A DNA stretch of 62,463 nt, the filler included, from Circinaria calcarea (taxonomy: Eukaryota): the NCBI GenBank assembly GCA_051942165.1. It is 7 parts of 7 records of this genome, joined end to end, with 100 filler letters (N's around TTAATTAATTAA, not from the genome) between each part and the next. Parts side by side here need not be neighbours in the genome. Positions count along the whole stretch, not along the records: positions 1 to 8,871 come from JAVECS010001037.1; positions 8,972 to 17,822 come from JAVECS010001038.1; 5 more parts are not named here. One strand, written 5' to 3'. Below, in pieces: positions 1 to 10,950 of the stretch. Each line of letters opens with the position of its first letter. Position 1 is the first letter of the stretch. The notes under the pieces are model-generated. The model was given only the letters and a program-made list of their open reading frames with translations. It searched no databases and was not told the origin of the DNA. The position numbers were made by a program, and so were the translations under genes.

Positions 1-20
1 AACTAATCGCTCTTCCCCAG

Positions 21-3000
21 ATGCCAATTCACAAACGCAATATTTCGACGTCGATAGAAATGATTCTTTACTTAGGCACCTCGGCGAGAACGAGATTACT
101 GACTGGGACTACCTTGAGAAGTGGAGGTTTCAGCAGAGCCCCGCGGATATTTTGCCTTTGTATGGTGATTCGGGTTCGGAAAATGAGTATGACCTCGATA
201 CCTGGAGAGAAATTGAGGAGGAGAAGGGAGACCCTGACCTGCCGTTGGCGAAACCAAAGCGCCAGAAGCTCAGTCCAGAGGATGTGTTGCAGACAATTGA
301 AGAGGCGATTGCCGCAATAATTCAGGATTGGAGAGATAAGAAGTTGCCACAACTGGAAAAGAAGCGGTGGTCAATTTGGACTAAATCAAGACGTGACAAA
401 AACAGACGAGAACAAATACAACATCTATCGTATGCCATTGAGTGTCTTAACGCTCGCCTTGGAAAGATTAGAAAAGAGCTTTTGGATGAGTTGTGGTCTA
501 CCAGTGAACAGCTTAGAAAGCAATGTAGGTGCATGCAAGAGTCGATTTTTGATCGAGAAGAACATGAATGGAGAATCCGAATTTTGGAGATGAGATCTAC
601 GCCGAAGAAACCGCCAAAGTCTGAAAAGATACCCAGAACGAATCGACCACAAAGTGTTCCAGAGTCGCTGGAAGAAGGTGAAGAAGATCTTGGTACCGAG
701 GAGAGTGCTCCCGATAGTTCCGAAGATGACGGCTTGGAGAACTTCGTGGTAGATGATGATGAATTTGACGCTCTCTCTGCTCCTGAAGCAATCGATATTG
801 ACTCTGCGGATGCGGGCGATGAAGTGGAGATGCTCTCTAGCAGTCCCAAGGACTGCACACCATCTTTCATTCAGGAGAATACTTACGATGACGATGAGCA
901 TGGAAAGACCACACCCATTGGAGAACAAGAATCTAGTGACGATGAGCATGGAAAGACCACACCCGTTGCAGAACAAGAAGATAGTGACGATAAGATAGTC
1001 ACGCCATCGAAGTGCCGCAGTGGCCGGCGTAGGGTCTCTAGCCTCAGCGAAGTTTCCTCATCGCTATCGCCTCTCGAAAACATCGAACCTCGGAAGGATA
1101 ATATCTCCTCGCCAGAACTAATGTCAGATCAGCCAAGCGTAGCTCAAGAAGAGTTGGAACTGGAGTTGCCTTTAATACCTAGAGCTGTCACGCGAGCCCC
1201 GGAATATCCCGAAATCATTGACCTGACACAGCAATCCGACCCGGTGCAGCCAGAACTACCGTCTCTCAAGGTAGAACAGTACAGAATCAAAACGCCACCC
1301 GTACTCCGGGAAGACGAAGATCCGTTTTTCCGCGACCGTAGAATCAAAGCTGAATTTGTGCCTCCGTCAACGATCTCGACCATTGTTGACTTGGAGAATG
1401 ATGCTGGTAGTCTGGAGGAGGATAACCTTCCCCCGACTCCAAAAACGCTGCCCGGTCTATTGGAGGTTGATAAAATCGCTTTGTTGGATCCTAAATACCT
1501 GCAGGAGAGGCAGGATCGGAAACGTCTATTGATATGGATCATCAAACGTGCGCCATCCAAAGACCGGACACTTGCAATTAAGCTAACTACCGGCGTCACA
1601 TCTGCAACTAACCAAGCTTACATCTGGGAGTGCTTGAGATCCATACAGGCCGACGAGCATATACCTAAAACTCACAAGCTGCAAGGATACAACGAAGAAG
1701 AGAAGCAAGTTTTGATGCGTATGGCCACATGGTACGTTAGCTGGTCTCAGTGTGTTGCCTTTTCGCCAAAGATCGGAATTCCCTTGATGCACCTTGATAG
1801 TGCACTGAAGGACATAGAGGGTTTCGTACCATTCTACGACTTCTTGCTTGAATGTCTAAGGTATTACAAGGATGGTTCTAAGGCGAAACAGGCCTTCTTC
1901 GGGAAAAAGGGCAAAATAGCGACAGTACAAAAGCGCCAGAAGATCCAAGATAGTTCCGATGATGCTTCGGATCGCCTACGCTCAACCCCCTACAAAAAGC
2001 GAAAGTACGTTGTTCAAGAAAGCCAGGACGGTGTGGCACTTCGCAAAAACGCACTTGAGCGGATCCAGCAACGCGAGTCGCATTCGAAGAAAATGCAGTC
2101 TCGATTGCGGAACCTGGGGGTCAATACCGAGGATCTCTCGATGATGGCTGTCAATCTTGGCGTCGCTGAAAGTCAAGAACCCATTCTACTGAATCCATCC
2201 ATCGGTAGCCGCATCCAGCCTCACCAACTTGAAGGTGTGCAGTTCATGTGGAGTGAATTGACGACAGAGAGTCAAGGTTGTCTTCTGGCACACACGATGG
2301 GTCTTGGGAAGACCATGCAGGTGTAAGTACAACTATCCACGATTAGGCTCAACAAGCTCATCACCATAGGATCACATTGCTGGTAACGATTGCGGAAGCA
2401 TCCAATTCTCCGCATGAGAAAACTCGCACCCAGATTCCTCTCAGCCTTCGTGAATCGCGAACTCTTGTCTTGTGTCCAGCTTCTCTGGTAGACAATTGGT
2501 TCGATGAGTTCCTCATGTGGACACCTCAGCCCTCATCTAGAAATATTGGTGATATTAGAAAACTTACATCCACTCTAAAGTTGCCTGAGCGGCTATACGA
2601 AATTCAGGAATGGAGCGAGAAAGGAGGAATCCTAATTCTTGCGTACACCTTGTTCTCACACTTAATAACTAACAAAGTTAAGGGAAAGGAGAAAAAGCCC
2701 TTACTGACAGATGAACAGCACACCCGAGCGCTCCATAGTCTCCTGGAGCTTCCGAACATCGTGGTAGCAGACGAAGCACATGCCATGAAAACGCCAAAGT
2801 CCGAAACTCATAAAACGGCCAAGAGATTCCGAACTCAAAGCCGGATAGCATTGACGGGGTCACCACTCGCTAACAATCTCGATGAATACTTTTCCATCAT
2901 AGATTGGATTGCACCCGGCTATCTTGGTGATCGTGAAGAATTCAGCTACAAGTACAAACAGCCTATAGAGGCGGGTCTATATCAAGATAGCTCAGCAAAC

Positions 3001-5253
3001 GAACGGCGGAAAGGCCTGAAAATGCTACAGGTACTGAAGGCTGAGTTGGAACCCAAAGTCCACCGTGCAGATATCTCCGCTCTTAAGGGGCGGTTGCCAG
3101 GCAAAACCGAATTTGTAATTCGAGTTCCACTTACAGATCTTCAGGAGCAAGCATATAGCCTATATGTAAAGAGCATGCTAGCAGCAAACGAAGCTACTGA
3201 CCCGGGGGCAGCAACTCTTTGGGCTTGGCTAGCAACTCTTCGGCTCCTTTGTAATCACCCAAAGTGCTTTTGGGACAAACTTCGGGAAAGGAAGAACGGA
3301 CCAAAGGAAGGGTTAAAAAAGGAAGCGAAGAAAGAAGGCCTCACAAAAGGAGGAAGGCCGAGGAACAAGACTAAGGATCGCCAAGTGGAGCAATTTGAAG
3401 TGGCCGTATCTCCAACAACTAAGCTTGTCGAGATAGAAACTCAAGCTGATTCTTTGCTGGAGGCTTCAGTCACAGAACTAGGTCTATCGGAGAAGATGTT
3501 TGATGAGCAAATGACGCTCTTCTCCGGTCTCACCGAGCCACTTGAGTCGATTAACCTTGCACACAAAATGCAAGTGCTGATGCAGATACTAGATTTCTCC
3601 GAGGAGGCTGGCGACAAGGTACTAGTGTTTTCACACAGTCTGAACACTTTGGATTTCGTCGAAGACTTCCTGAAGAAATCGAAACGTCCTTTCATGCGAC
3701 TGGATGGGAAAACGAAGATGCCCTTCAGAAACGAGATGACCAAGGAATTCAACGATGACAGTACAATGATCTGTTTGATATCTACTAGAGCCGGTGGGCA
3801 GGGAATCAATCTCTATGGCGCCAACCGTGTTGTCCTTATCGACGATCACTTCAACCCTATGCATGAGGAACAAGCAATTGGGAGAGCATATCGATTTGGT
3901 CAGCGTAAGCACGTTTATGTATACCGCCTGACTGTTGGTGGCACATTCGAGGAAGCCCTGCAGAACCAATCACTGTTCAAACTGCAGCTCGCGACCCGTG
4001 TTGTGGACAAGAAAAACCCCATGAGGCATGCTGTGAGAGGATTTGGTCAATATCTGTTTATGCCAAAGACCGTAGAGCAGAAGGATATCATGCAATATTC
4101 AGAGAAAGACGAGCTGGTGCTAGCCAGAATCTTAGCAAGCCAAGAAGAGTGTGTAGTTTCAGCAACTACTTCCGAAGGATTCGCTGACTGCTTTAGACTT
4201 CCCATCATTTGTTCTATCGACCTATCGGAAACATTTCTCCAGGAAGACTTTGAAGAGTTAACCGCAGAAGAGGAACGCGAGGCCCAAGAAATGGTAGAAG
4301 ATGCGAACTTGCGGAGAACGGATCCGAAGGCATACGAGGCACGGCAAGCTCAGCGAGAGCAAGAAGAACGCAAGAAGCGGCCAAAGTTCTTGGAGCCTTT
4401 GACTGCAGAGGCAGCGGAAGCTCCTGGCATGATGACGCCACCAATTGGTGTGGATTTGATTGATGCATATGGCAATAATTTAGGAGGACTTATGCCTGTA
4501 TATGCTGGTGGAGGATACTTCTCGCCCCCGCTTCATAATGCATCAACTCTTCCCGGCATAACTTCTGACGCCTTGAGTGGTAGATCCAGCCATGGCCTCC
4601 CATCACTCGATCCGGTCTTGCCGCATGATAGCAATGGTGAGGCTGCAAACCTTACTCCGCCCGAGTTATCTTCCTTCCAACCTCAGACAGCATACAGCCA
4701 GGCTCACAGAACAGATGTCGATGAGTCTGGGCATGACGGACAAGATCAGAGGACCCTGTCTAGTGGAATTCCCCAAACGGACAAGCCCTCAGCGCTACCA
4801 GAGAAGTCCAGTACTAGTACTCCCTCCATTGCGAGCTCCAGCAGGACGAATGAACGTACTCTTGAATTACCCTTCGATATAAAGAAAGGAGCAAGAGAGG
4901 AGATTAGGATGGCACTACTAGCCCAGTTGCCACTTCTGGCTAACCAGAGTCTGTTCTCTTCACCCCGTGACAAAGACACCGCTCGCGCAACAGCGTTGAA
5001 GTTGGAGCGTAATACAAACAAGCATGCAAAGGATGAAGCAGACTACAAGTGCCTGATAGAGAATCACATCAACACGATCAATACTGATGTGAAACATGTG
5101 GCCAAGGTTTTGGAGGCAATGGAAGAAAAGCTTGTTACTGGAAAGATCACTTCACTCCGATCTGAGACGCCGTCTGGTGCACTTAATACACCTCATGTAG
5201 GCCATTCTCCTCGTCGCAGTCCTCATGATGGAGCAACCATTTTTTCTATCTAA
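21..5253 (+). CDS. SNF2-family chromatin-remodelling ATPase/helicase, ATRX/Rad54-like (resembles fungal SAD-6 type); 5' end lies outside the window
   Basis: Exon starts after an intron 3' end (ctaat...ccccag, 3-20) and reads DWDYLEKW...LPLYGDSGSENEYD. Intron 2323-2369 joins GCLLAHTMGLGKTMQV|ITLLVTIAEA (Walker A). Also DEAH (VVADEAH), LTGSPLANNL, KVLVFS, STRAGGQGINLYGANRVV and QAIGRAYRFGQ. Probable in-frame 48-nt intron 4149-4196. Stop 5251-5253. Subfamily assignment is inferred from the motifs. Confidence 0.9.
890..991 (+). repeat. 48-bp in-frame tandem duplication inside the SNF2 gene
   Basis: gacgatgagcatggaaagaccacaccc... starts at 890 and 938, with a partial third unit at 986. Encodes DDEHGKTTPIGEQESS / DDEHGKTTPVAEQEDS. 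Confidence 0.9.
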
Positions 5254-5775
5254 ATTTGAGGGGCTTGCTCAACCGTGAAGCTGCGAGGAAGAGCTTAGAC
5301 TAACTCTTTCGTGGCAATAAGATTAACCTTACTCACAAAGAGGACGAGAAATGCATCTTGTCATGATGCTAGAGGAGGACTAGAGTGTCGTTGAAAGAAT
5401 TGACTATTTTGTGTTGTAACTGCGTGTCTGCCCTGGTTTGGGATTGCGCATGGAGTTGGAAATGTTTCTTTGCTACTGCAATTCATTGATACCGTGGGCA
5501 TGAGATATGCGAGCGTGATTTGGAGTTCTTTGTCCTGATGGACTTGCTTTGTAACTTGATACCCCTGAAGAGCATTGTTTCGCTGAGCGATTTGAGGGCG
5601 GCGTGGATATGTTACATAGCTTTTATCTACACGATCCAAGCAGAAGAGCTACCTAGAAAGCTAGAAAGGACACCATTAGACCATATCCAGGCTCTTCTTT
5701 GTTGAGCTGTGATTTGCATGTTGTTTCAGCGCAAAGTAACCACATGTAACCACAAGTCACTGGCTAAATAACTCA

Positions 5776-5782
5776 GCCAATC
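5776..5782 (+). promoter_or_regulatory. CCAAT box upstream of hemA (putative CBC/Hap complex site)
   Basis: agCCAATca about 170 nt upstream of the ATG. Function is inferred from known CCAAT-complex control of fungal heme genes. Confidence 0.35.
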
Positions 5783-5950
5783 ATATGCCGTCGATTCCTC
5801 ATCGCCGTCATCTGTAGTCATCCTTAAAATAATAATCGGTCCTCCCACCGTCTTTTGTCAGCCCACTATTACTCTTCCTATATATCACCTTTCGCAATCA
5901 ATCGAACAGTTGAGAAATATTTAGGTAATTGTTCCACTTTCGCAAGCAAT

Positions 5951-7862
5951 ATGGAGGCTCTCCTTCGCCAGTCTCGTTCAATGTGCCCGTTTCTCCAAAA
6001 GACATCACCGGCCACTCTCCGTTCCCTCTCCACGACTACCCGTCATGCCTCGCCCGGAGGTGGAACCATGTCGAACTTGCAGGTACTCGCTCGCCGATGT
6101 CCAGTCATGGGCAAGGCAATGGCCGTGCAGACTGCTCGAACTGGTTCAGCTGGACTCGGTGGCGTTTTCGGTGGCACCAGGGCATACAGGTCAAAGGCCC
6201 AATTGCATACTACGAGAGCTAAGCAAGCTACTGTGGGTGAAGATGTCTTGAGAAGACGAAACAATGGTTAGTGATGTTATCGATCCAATTCAGCAGTATG
6301 ACTAACTTGGGCTTTCGGTAGCACCCCCGCCTCAGATGTCGAAGGCACCATCAACCAATGCAGGTGACTTTGGGACACCTGGCCCGAAGCCTGCTCCTCC
6401 CACAGTGGCCAAGTTCAATTACGAAGGCTTCTACAATGCAGAGCTGGACAAGAAGCACAAGGACAAGTCCTATCGCTACTTTAATAATATCAATCGCTTG
6501 GCCCAGGAGTTCCCTCGGGCACACATGTCAGCTCGCGACGAGAAAGTCACGGTATGGTGCTCGAATGACTACCTTGGGATGGGACGTAATCCTCAGGTGT
6601 TGAAAACCATGCATGAAACACTCGATATGTATGGGTCTGGTGCAGGTGGGACAAGGAATATTTCGGGCCATAATCAACATGCTGTCGGCCTTGAGTTGAC
6701 CATTGCCGAGTTGCACGCCAAAGAAGCCGCTCTCGTCTTCTCTTCCTGTTATGTGGCAAACGATGCAACTCTTGCGACTTTGGGCAGCAAACTGCCAAAC
6801 TGTGTCATCTTATCTGATAGCTCCAACCATGCGTCGATGATTCAAGGAATCCGTCATTCCGGTGCTAAGAAGATGGTGTTCAAGCACAACGATGTCGCCG
6901 ATTTGGAAGCGAAGCTTGCCTCATTACCCACGGATGTACCGAAGATCATTGCTTTCGAAAGTGTCTATAGCATGTGTGGCTCAATTGGACCAATCGGGGA
7001 GATTTGCGATTTAGCTGAGAAATATGGTGCCATCACCTTTCTCGATGAAGTTCATGCCGTTGGCATGTACGGACCACGTGGCGCAGGCGTCGCAGAACAC
7101 CTTGACTACGAGGCTCATCTTGCTGGAAAACCACAAGGCACTGTCATGGATCGTATTGATATTATCACGGGAACGCTTGGTAAAGCGTATGGATGTGTAG
7201 GAGGTTACATTGCCGGATCCGCGAAGATGGTTGACACTATCCGCTCATTGGCTCCAGGCTTTATCTTCACGACATCGTTGCCCCCTGCTACTATGGCTGG
7301 TGCAAAGACGGCAATTGAGTACCAAATGGGATACCAGGGCGATCGAAGACTGCAGCAACTACACACCCGAGCAGTCAAGGATGCCCTCGTAGAGAAGGAT
7401 ATTCCGGTGATGCCGAATCCTTCCCATATCATCCCGGTTTTGGTTGGCAACGCCGAAGTCGCCAGAAAGGCCAGCGACTTGTTGTTGGAAGACCACAGCA
7501 TCTACGTCCAGGCAATCAACTACCCAACCGTACCGGTCGGCCAGGAGCGCTTGAGAATCACACCCACACCCGGCCATGTTCGTGAATACAGAGAAGAACT
7601 CGTGCGGGCCCTCGATGCGGTCTGGACTCGGCTCGGCATCAAGCGGACCAGCGACTGGGCCGCCGAAGGTGGTTTCGTCGGCGTTGGTGTCGAGGGTAAG
7701 ACGGCCGAGCAGCCTCTCTGGACGGATGAGCAGCTGGGCTTGCAGGAGGTGGAGAGGGAACTGAAGGCTGGTGGCGGTGCTCTCGGGGCGATGGAAGCGG
7801 TGCTGGAGAGGGAGGTGAAGCAAGCTGCTTCGGCTGTTGTTGCGGCGGCGGCGGCCGCTTGA
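5951..7862 (+). CDS. hemA: 5-aminolevulinate synthase, mitochondrial precursor
   Basis: Exon 1 5951-6266 ([15 protein letters not shown]...RRCPVM: presequence with CP heme-regulatory motifs). Intron 6267-6321. Exon 2 has [40 protein letters not shown], the PLP lysine in GTLGKAYG and [10 protein letters not shown]. Confidence 0.98.
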
Positions 7863-7975
7863 TTTTAAATCTATGGATGAAAATGGTTAATGGTTATGAT
7901 GTGGGTTCGGGACGGTCTTTACTGGGGGTTTCTAGGGGCATGTGTTTCACGAGTCCTCCTGTTATTATTATTCTT

Positions 7976-7976
<1 letters not shown>

Positions 7977-8008
<32 letters not shown>

Positions 8009-8015
8009 GCTGTTG
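7977..8015. repeat. (TTG)n microsatellite between convergent hemA and RPF1 3' ends
   Basis: About 13 TTG units with one interruption. Confidence 0.95.
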
Positions 8016-8212
8016 TAAGAGATGGGAAGTATCATCCATCTGATAGATTAGAAAAAGTAATTGGATCTTTTGATTTTTGGTAGAGATTATATTTACTTGG
8101 CTCATGCCTCCCTCCTATTGTATGTGACAGCCATGCAAACAAAATTCATCCCATACCTCCCACTCAGCCCCATTCACTACCCAACACTCAACACCCACAC
8201 CTACACCTTTAC

Positions 8213-8871
8213 CTACAACTGAAATTTCGTCCGTTCCTTCTCCATGCCCCCCTTCCACTCCCACTCCTGCCCACTCGCCCTCTGCACCCCGCGATCCACC
8301 CTTCGCAACTTCATCGTGAACCTCGGCCCTAGCTCCTGCAAGCCCGCCCGGATGCCCTCCACTCCTTTCACTTCTTTCCCATCCGGGCCCACCACGTTCT
8401 TCTCCGTCGTCCTCTTCTCCCGGAAAACGTACCGGTGGCGCCGGAGGAAGATGTAGTCGCGCTGGTTGTGCAAGGTGACGACCTGGCGGCCGATGAAATC
8501 GGGTTGCGGGGGGAAGAGGGTGCGGAAGAGGGCGGCGGTCAGCAGGCCGAGGGGGGTGCGGAAGTTGTTGAGGATGAGTTCGGGGAAATGGCCCGTCGGG
8601 TTGCCGTGCCCGGGGAGCTTGCGGCCTTCGACCCAGTTGGAGATGGAGAAGTGGAAGGTGGGTCCCTGTGGTAAATGGACGATGTCGATGCCCGAGGGCT
8701 TCTTGGCGTCTTCGTTGAGGATCACGAGGGCGGTGTAGTTTCGGTGGGAGGCGAAGGAGGCGATTTCGCGCACGGAGAATTTGCGGGCGTAGCGGTGGGC
8801 GGAACGGGGGATGTAGGTGCTGTTGGGGAATAAGGTTGTGAGGAGTGTAGCTTGGGCGTGTAGAGTGGAAT
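8213..8871 (-). CDS. RPF1: Brix-domain ribosome biogenesis protein Rpf1 (3' part; truncated at contig end)
   Basis: Open frame from the gap: ...PRSAHRYARKFSVREIA...HLPQGPTFHFSISN...ELILNNFRTPLG...VVTLHNQRDYIFLRRHRY...LQELGPRFTMKL (Brix sigma70-like motif)...RTKFQL*. Confidence 0.93.
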
Positions 8872-8971
8872 NNNNNNNNNNNNNNNNNNNNNNNNNNNNN
8901 NNNNNNNNNNNNNNNTTAATTAATTAANNNNNNNNNNNNNNNNNNNNNNNNNNNNNNNNNNNNNNNNNNNN
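8872..8971. other. Artificial contig-joining spacer
   Basis: N44-TTAATTAATTAA-N44 (stops in all six frames). Confidence 0.99.
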
Positions 8972-9116
8972 CCTTCTCGCCCGCCTCCAACTCCTAACTC
9001 CTAACTACCAAAAAACTCCTCGGACTGATTAAAAGCACGAAGGACAGGCACGCAAATACGGCCAAATACCGCGAGGTAGGAGTAAGGAATAAATGAATTT
9101 AAGAAAAAGGGGGCAA

Positions 9117-9378
9117 CTGGGATACGGGATACGGGATATGGGATACGCGAACACTGGGATACGCGGACACTAGTACCTAGCCTAGCCTAGCCTAGCATAG
9201 GTTAAGTTAAGTTAAGTTAAGTTACAAATAACCGTGCCCAAGGGTAAACTCCGAAACGCATCAGCACATCGAGATATAAACCTTTTTAGAATAAAATACG
9301 GCTCGGAACCTAGGTACTTGCCTACCCTACCTTACCTTACTTGACCTATACGTAATCGAGATCGAGATCGAGATCGAG
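9117..9378. repeat. Mosaic of short tandem repeats near contig start
   Basis: (GGGATAC)-like units, (CCTAG)x4, (GTTAA)x4-5, CCTAC/CTTAC units and (ATCGAG)x4 in succession. Confidence 0.85.
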
Positions 9379-9529
9379 TAAAAAAAACAGCCGTAAGGAC
9401 AAGGGCGGTTATTGTCCGGTTCTTGGGGGTTCTGGAATTTGGGTGTACGTGGAGTAAAGATTACTTATATACGATGTTTTACTACTACTTGATCTTCTTC
9501 TATCAAAAGCAGTGGTGCGCTCGTTAATA

Positions 9530-9614
9530 TGTATGGCTCCCTCAATGTATGCCCCCAAATGTATGGCCACCCAATGTATGGCACCCCAACCTATGGCACC
9601 CCAATGTATTTCCC
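9530..9614. repeat. Degenerate 14-16-bp minisatellite, about 6 units
   Basis: tgtatggctccctcaa / tgtatgcccccaaa / tgtatggccacccaa / tgtatggcaccccaa / cctatggcaccccaa / tgtatttcccc. Confidence 0.85.
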
Positions 9615-9666
9615 CTTCCCCGAAAAACCCTACCCTCAAAACTCCCTCTAGCCCCTTGTAAATTCA

Positions 9667-10950
9667 TCAATTCAGATAATTCGCATTCAAGCATGGCCCA
9701 ATCGCCAACTGAGGCTGCCCATAAGGAGTAAGCTGCCTCGTGCCGTTAAAGATGCCCAAGGGGCACTGCGCATTATACCCCACCAGCGGCGGGCGTGGGT
9801 ATGGGTTACCCAGGGCCCCATTGCCAGGCAGAACGTACAGTTTGCAATCGGCGTAGGGAGTATAGGTATAGGTGATACAATTGGGCGTAGTGTAGCATAA
9901 GTTGCAGCAACCAATCAGAGAGATTGGGGACCTGAATATCGTGCTCCAGGTGTTGGTGTCAGTGGGACTGAGGTAGGAGTATTGGGCGTTAAACGGGGTG
10001 TTTTGGTAGTCGTAGCATGTGTAAGAAGTTGGCCGGGGCCCCTCAACGGTGACGGTTACGGTGGTAGTGGTGGTGGTTACGGTGGCACTGAGAGTTGCTG
10101 TGATGGTCTAGGTACATTCACAGGGATTAGGATCAATAAAGGCGGACATATATTGGCCAACGACCTAGGATCGAGGCGTCGAAGGGAAGCAATGCTAGAT
10201 AGGGTAACACTTACAGGCGTTGGAGCGACTGTGATGGAGGTTGATGTCACGGTGGTTGTTGAGGGCGTGATTGAAAGACATGAACAAGCGCTCGAGACTT
10301 GCTCGGCAGCGTATTGACCGAGCCACGGCGGAAGGTCTCGCCTGTTTAAAGATTCTGGCAGGGCAGATCTTGTGGCGGGGGGAGGCGTGGATAAGATTAT
10401 CTTGGTTTCAGAAGGATAAGGCGCATTGTAGTAGCGGGTGATTGGTGAACCTGGGGTGGTGACCGTGCTGGTCTCCGTACTTAGGAGAAACCACCGCGAT
10501 TAGTATATAAACTCTTCCTAAACTCTTCTGGAACCTGCATTTGGGATGTATCCATAGAAGACTGAAACTTACACTGTAGCTGTCAGAGGTACCGTTATCG
10601 TGATTTGCGTTGGTGGTGTGGGTATGCTCGTCGAGACCTAGAGCGAAACAATGGTAAGCACAGGTTGGAAGCACATGGACGTTCAGGCAGTAGTTCAAAG
10701 CCTCCATCTTGGATCCATGTTTCTGGAATTGACTTACAACGACAGTAGTAGTGGTCCGGACCGGAACGTAAGAGCTACAGACTGACGATGCGATCGAGGA
10801 GAATCTGGAGAAGACTGAAACCACAAGTTTATTGTTACAGTTAAGGTTTCTCTCTTCAAGAGCTTCAGCGCTCTCCGCTACGGGGATAGCAAGTACTGGC
10901 GTAGTAATGGCTGCCAGTAATGCTCCGGCAATATATACCACGGTCCTCAT
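9667..10950 (-). CDS. Secreted Ser/Thr-rich protein with Cys motifs and C-terminal Cys-rich (PAN/Apple-like) domain, 327 aa
   Basis: Manually spliced exons 10950-10738, 10637-10573, 10479-10215 and 10107-9667 (all GTAAGT donors, phases consistent, 984 nt). Signal peptide MRTVVYIAGALLAAITTPVLA. Motifs ASSVCSSYV and VSSACSCL, Thr-rich linkers, C-terminal GCCNLCYTTPNC...CKL...CPLG...GPC. Confidence 0.85.

Noticed and set aside
8916..8927. Recurring TTAATTAATTAA every ~8.9 kb as a biological periodic repeat
   Set aside because: Always flanked by exactly 44 Ns on each side; it is an assembly linker.
9530..9614. CRISPR-like array
   Set aside because: Units are adjacent without unique spacers, the context is eukaryotic, and there are no cas genes.
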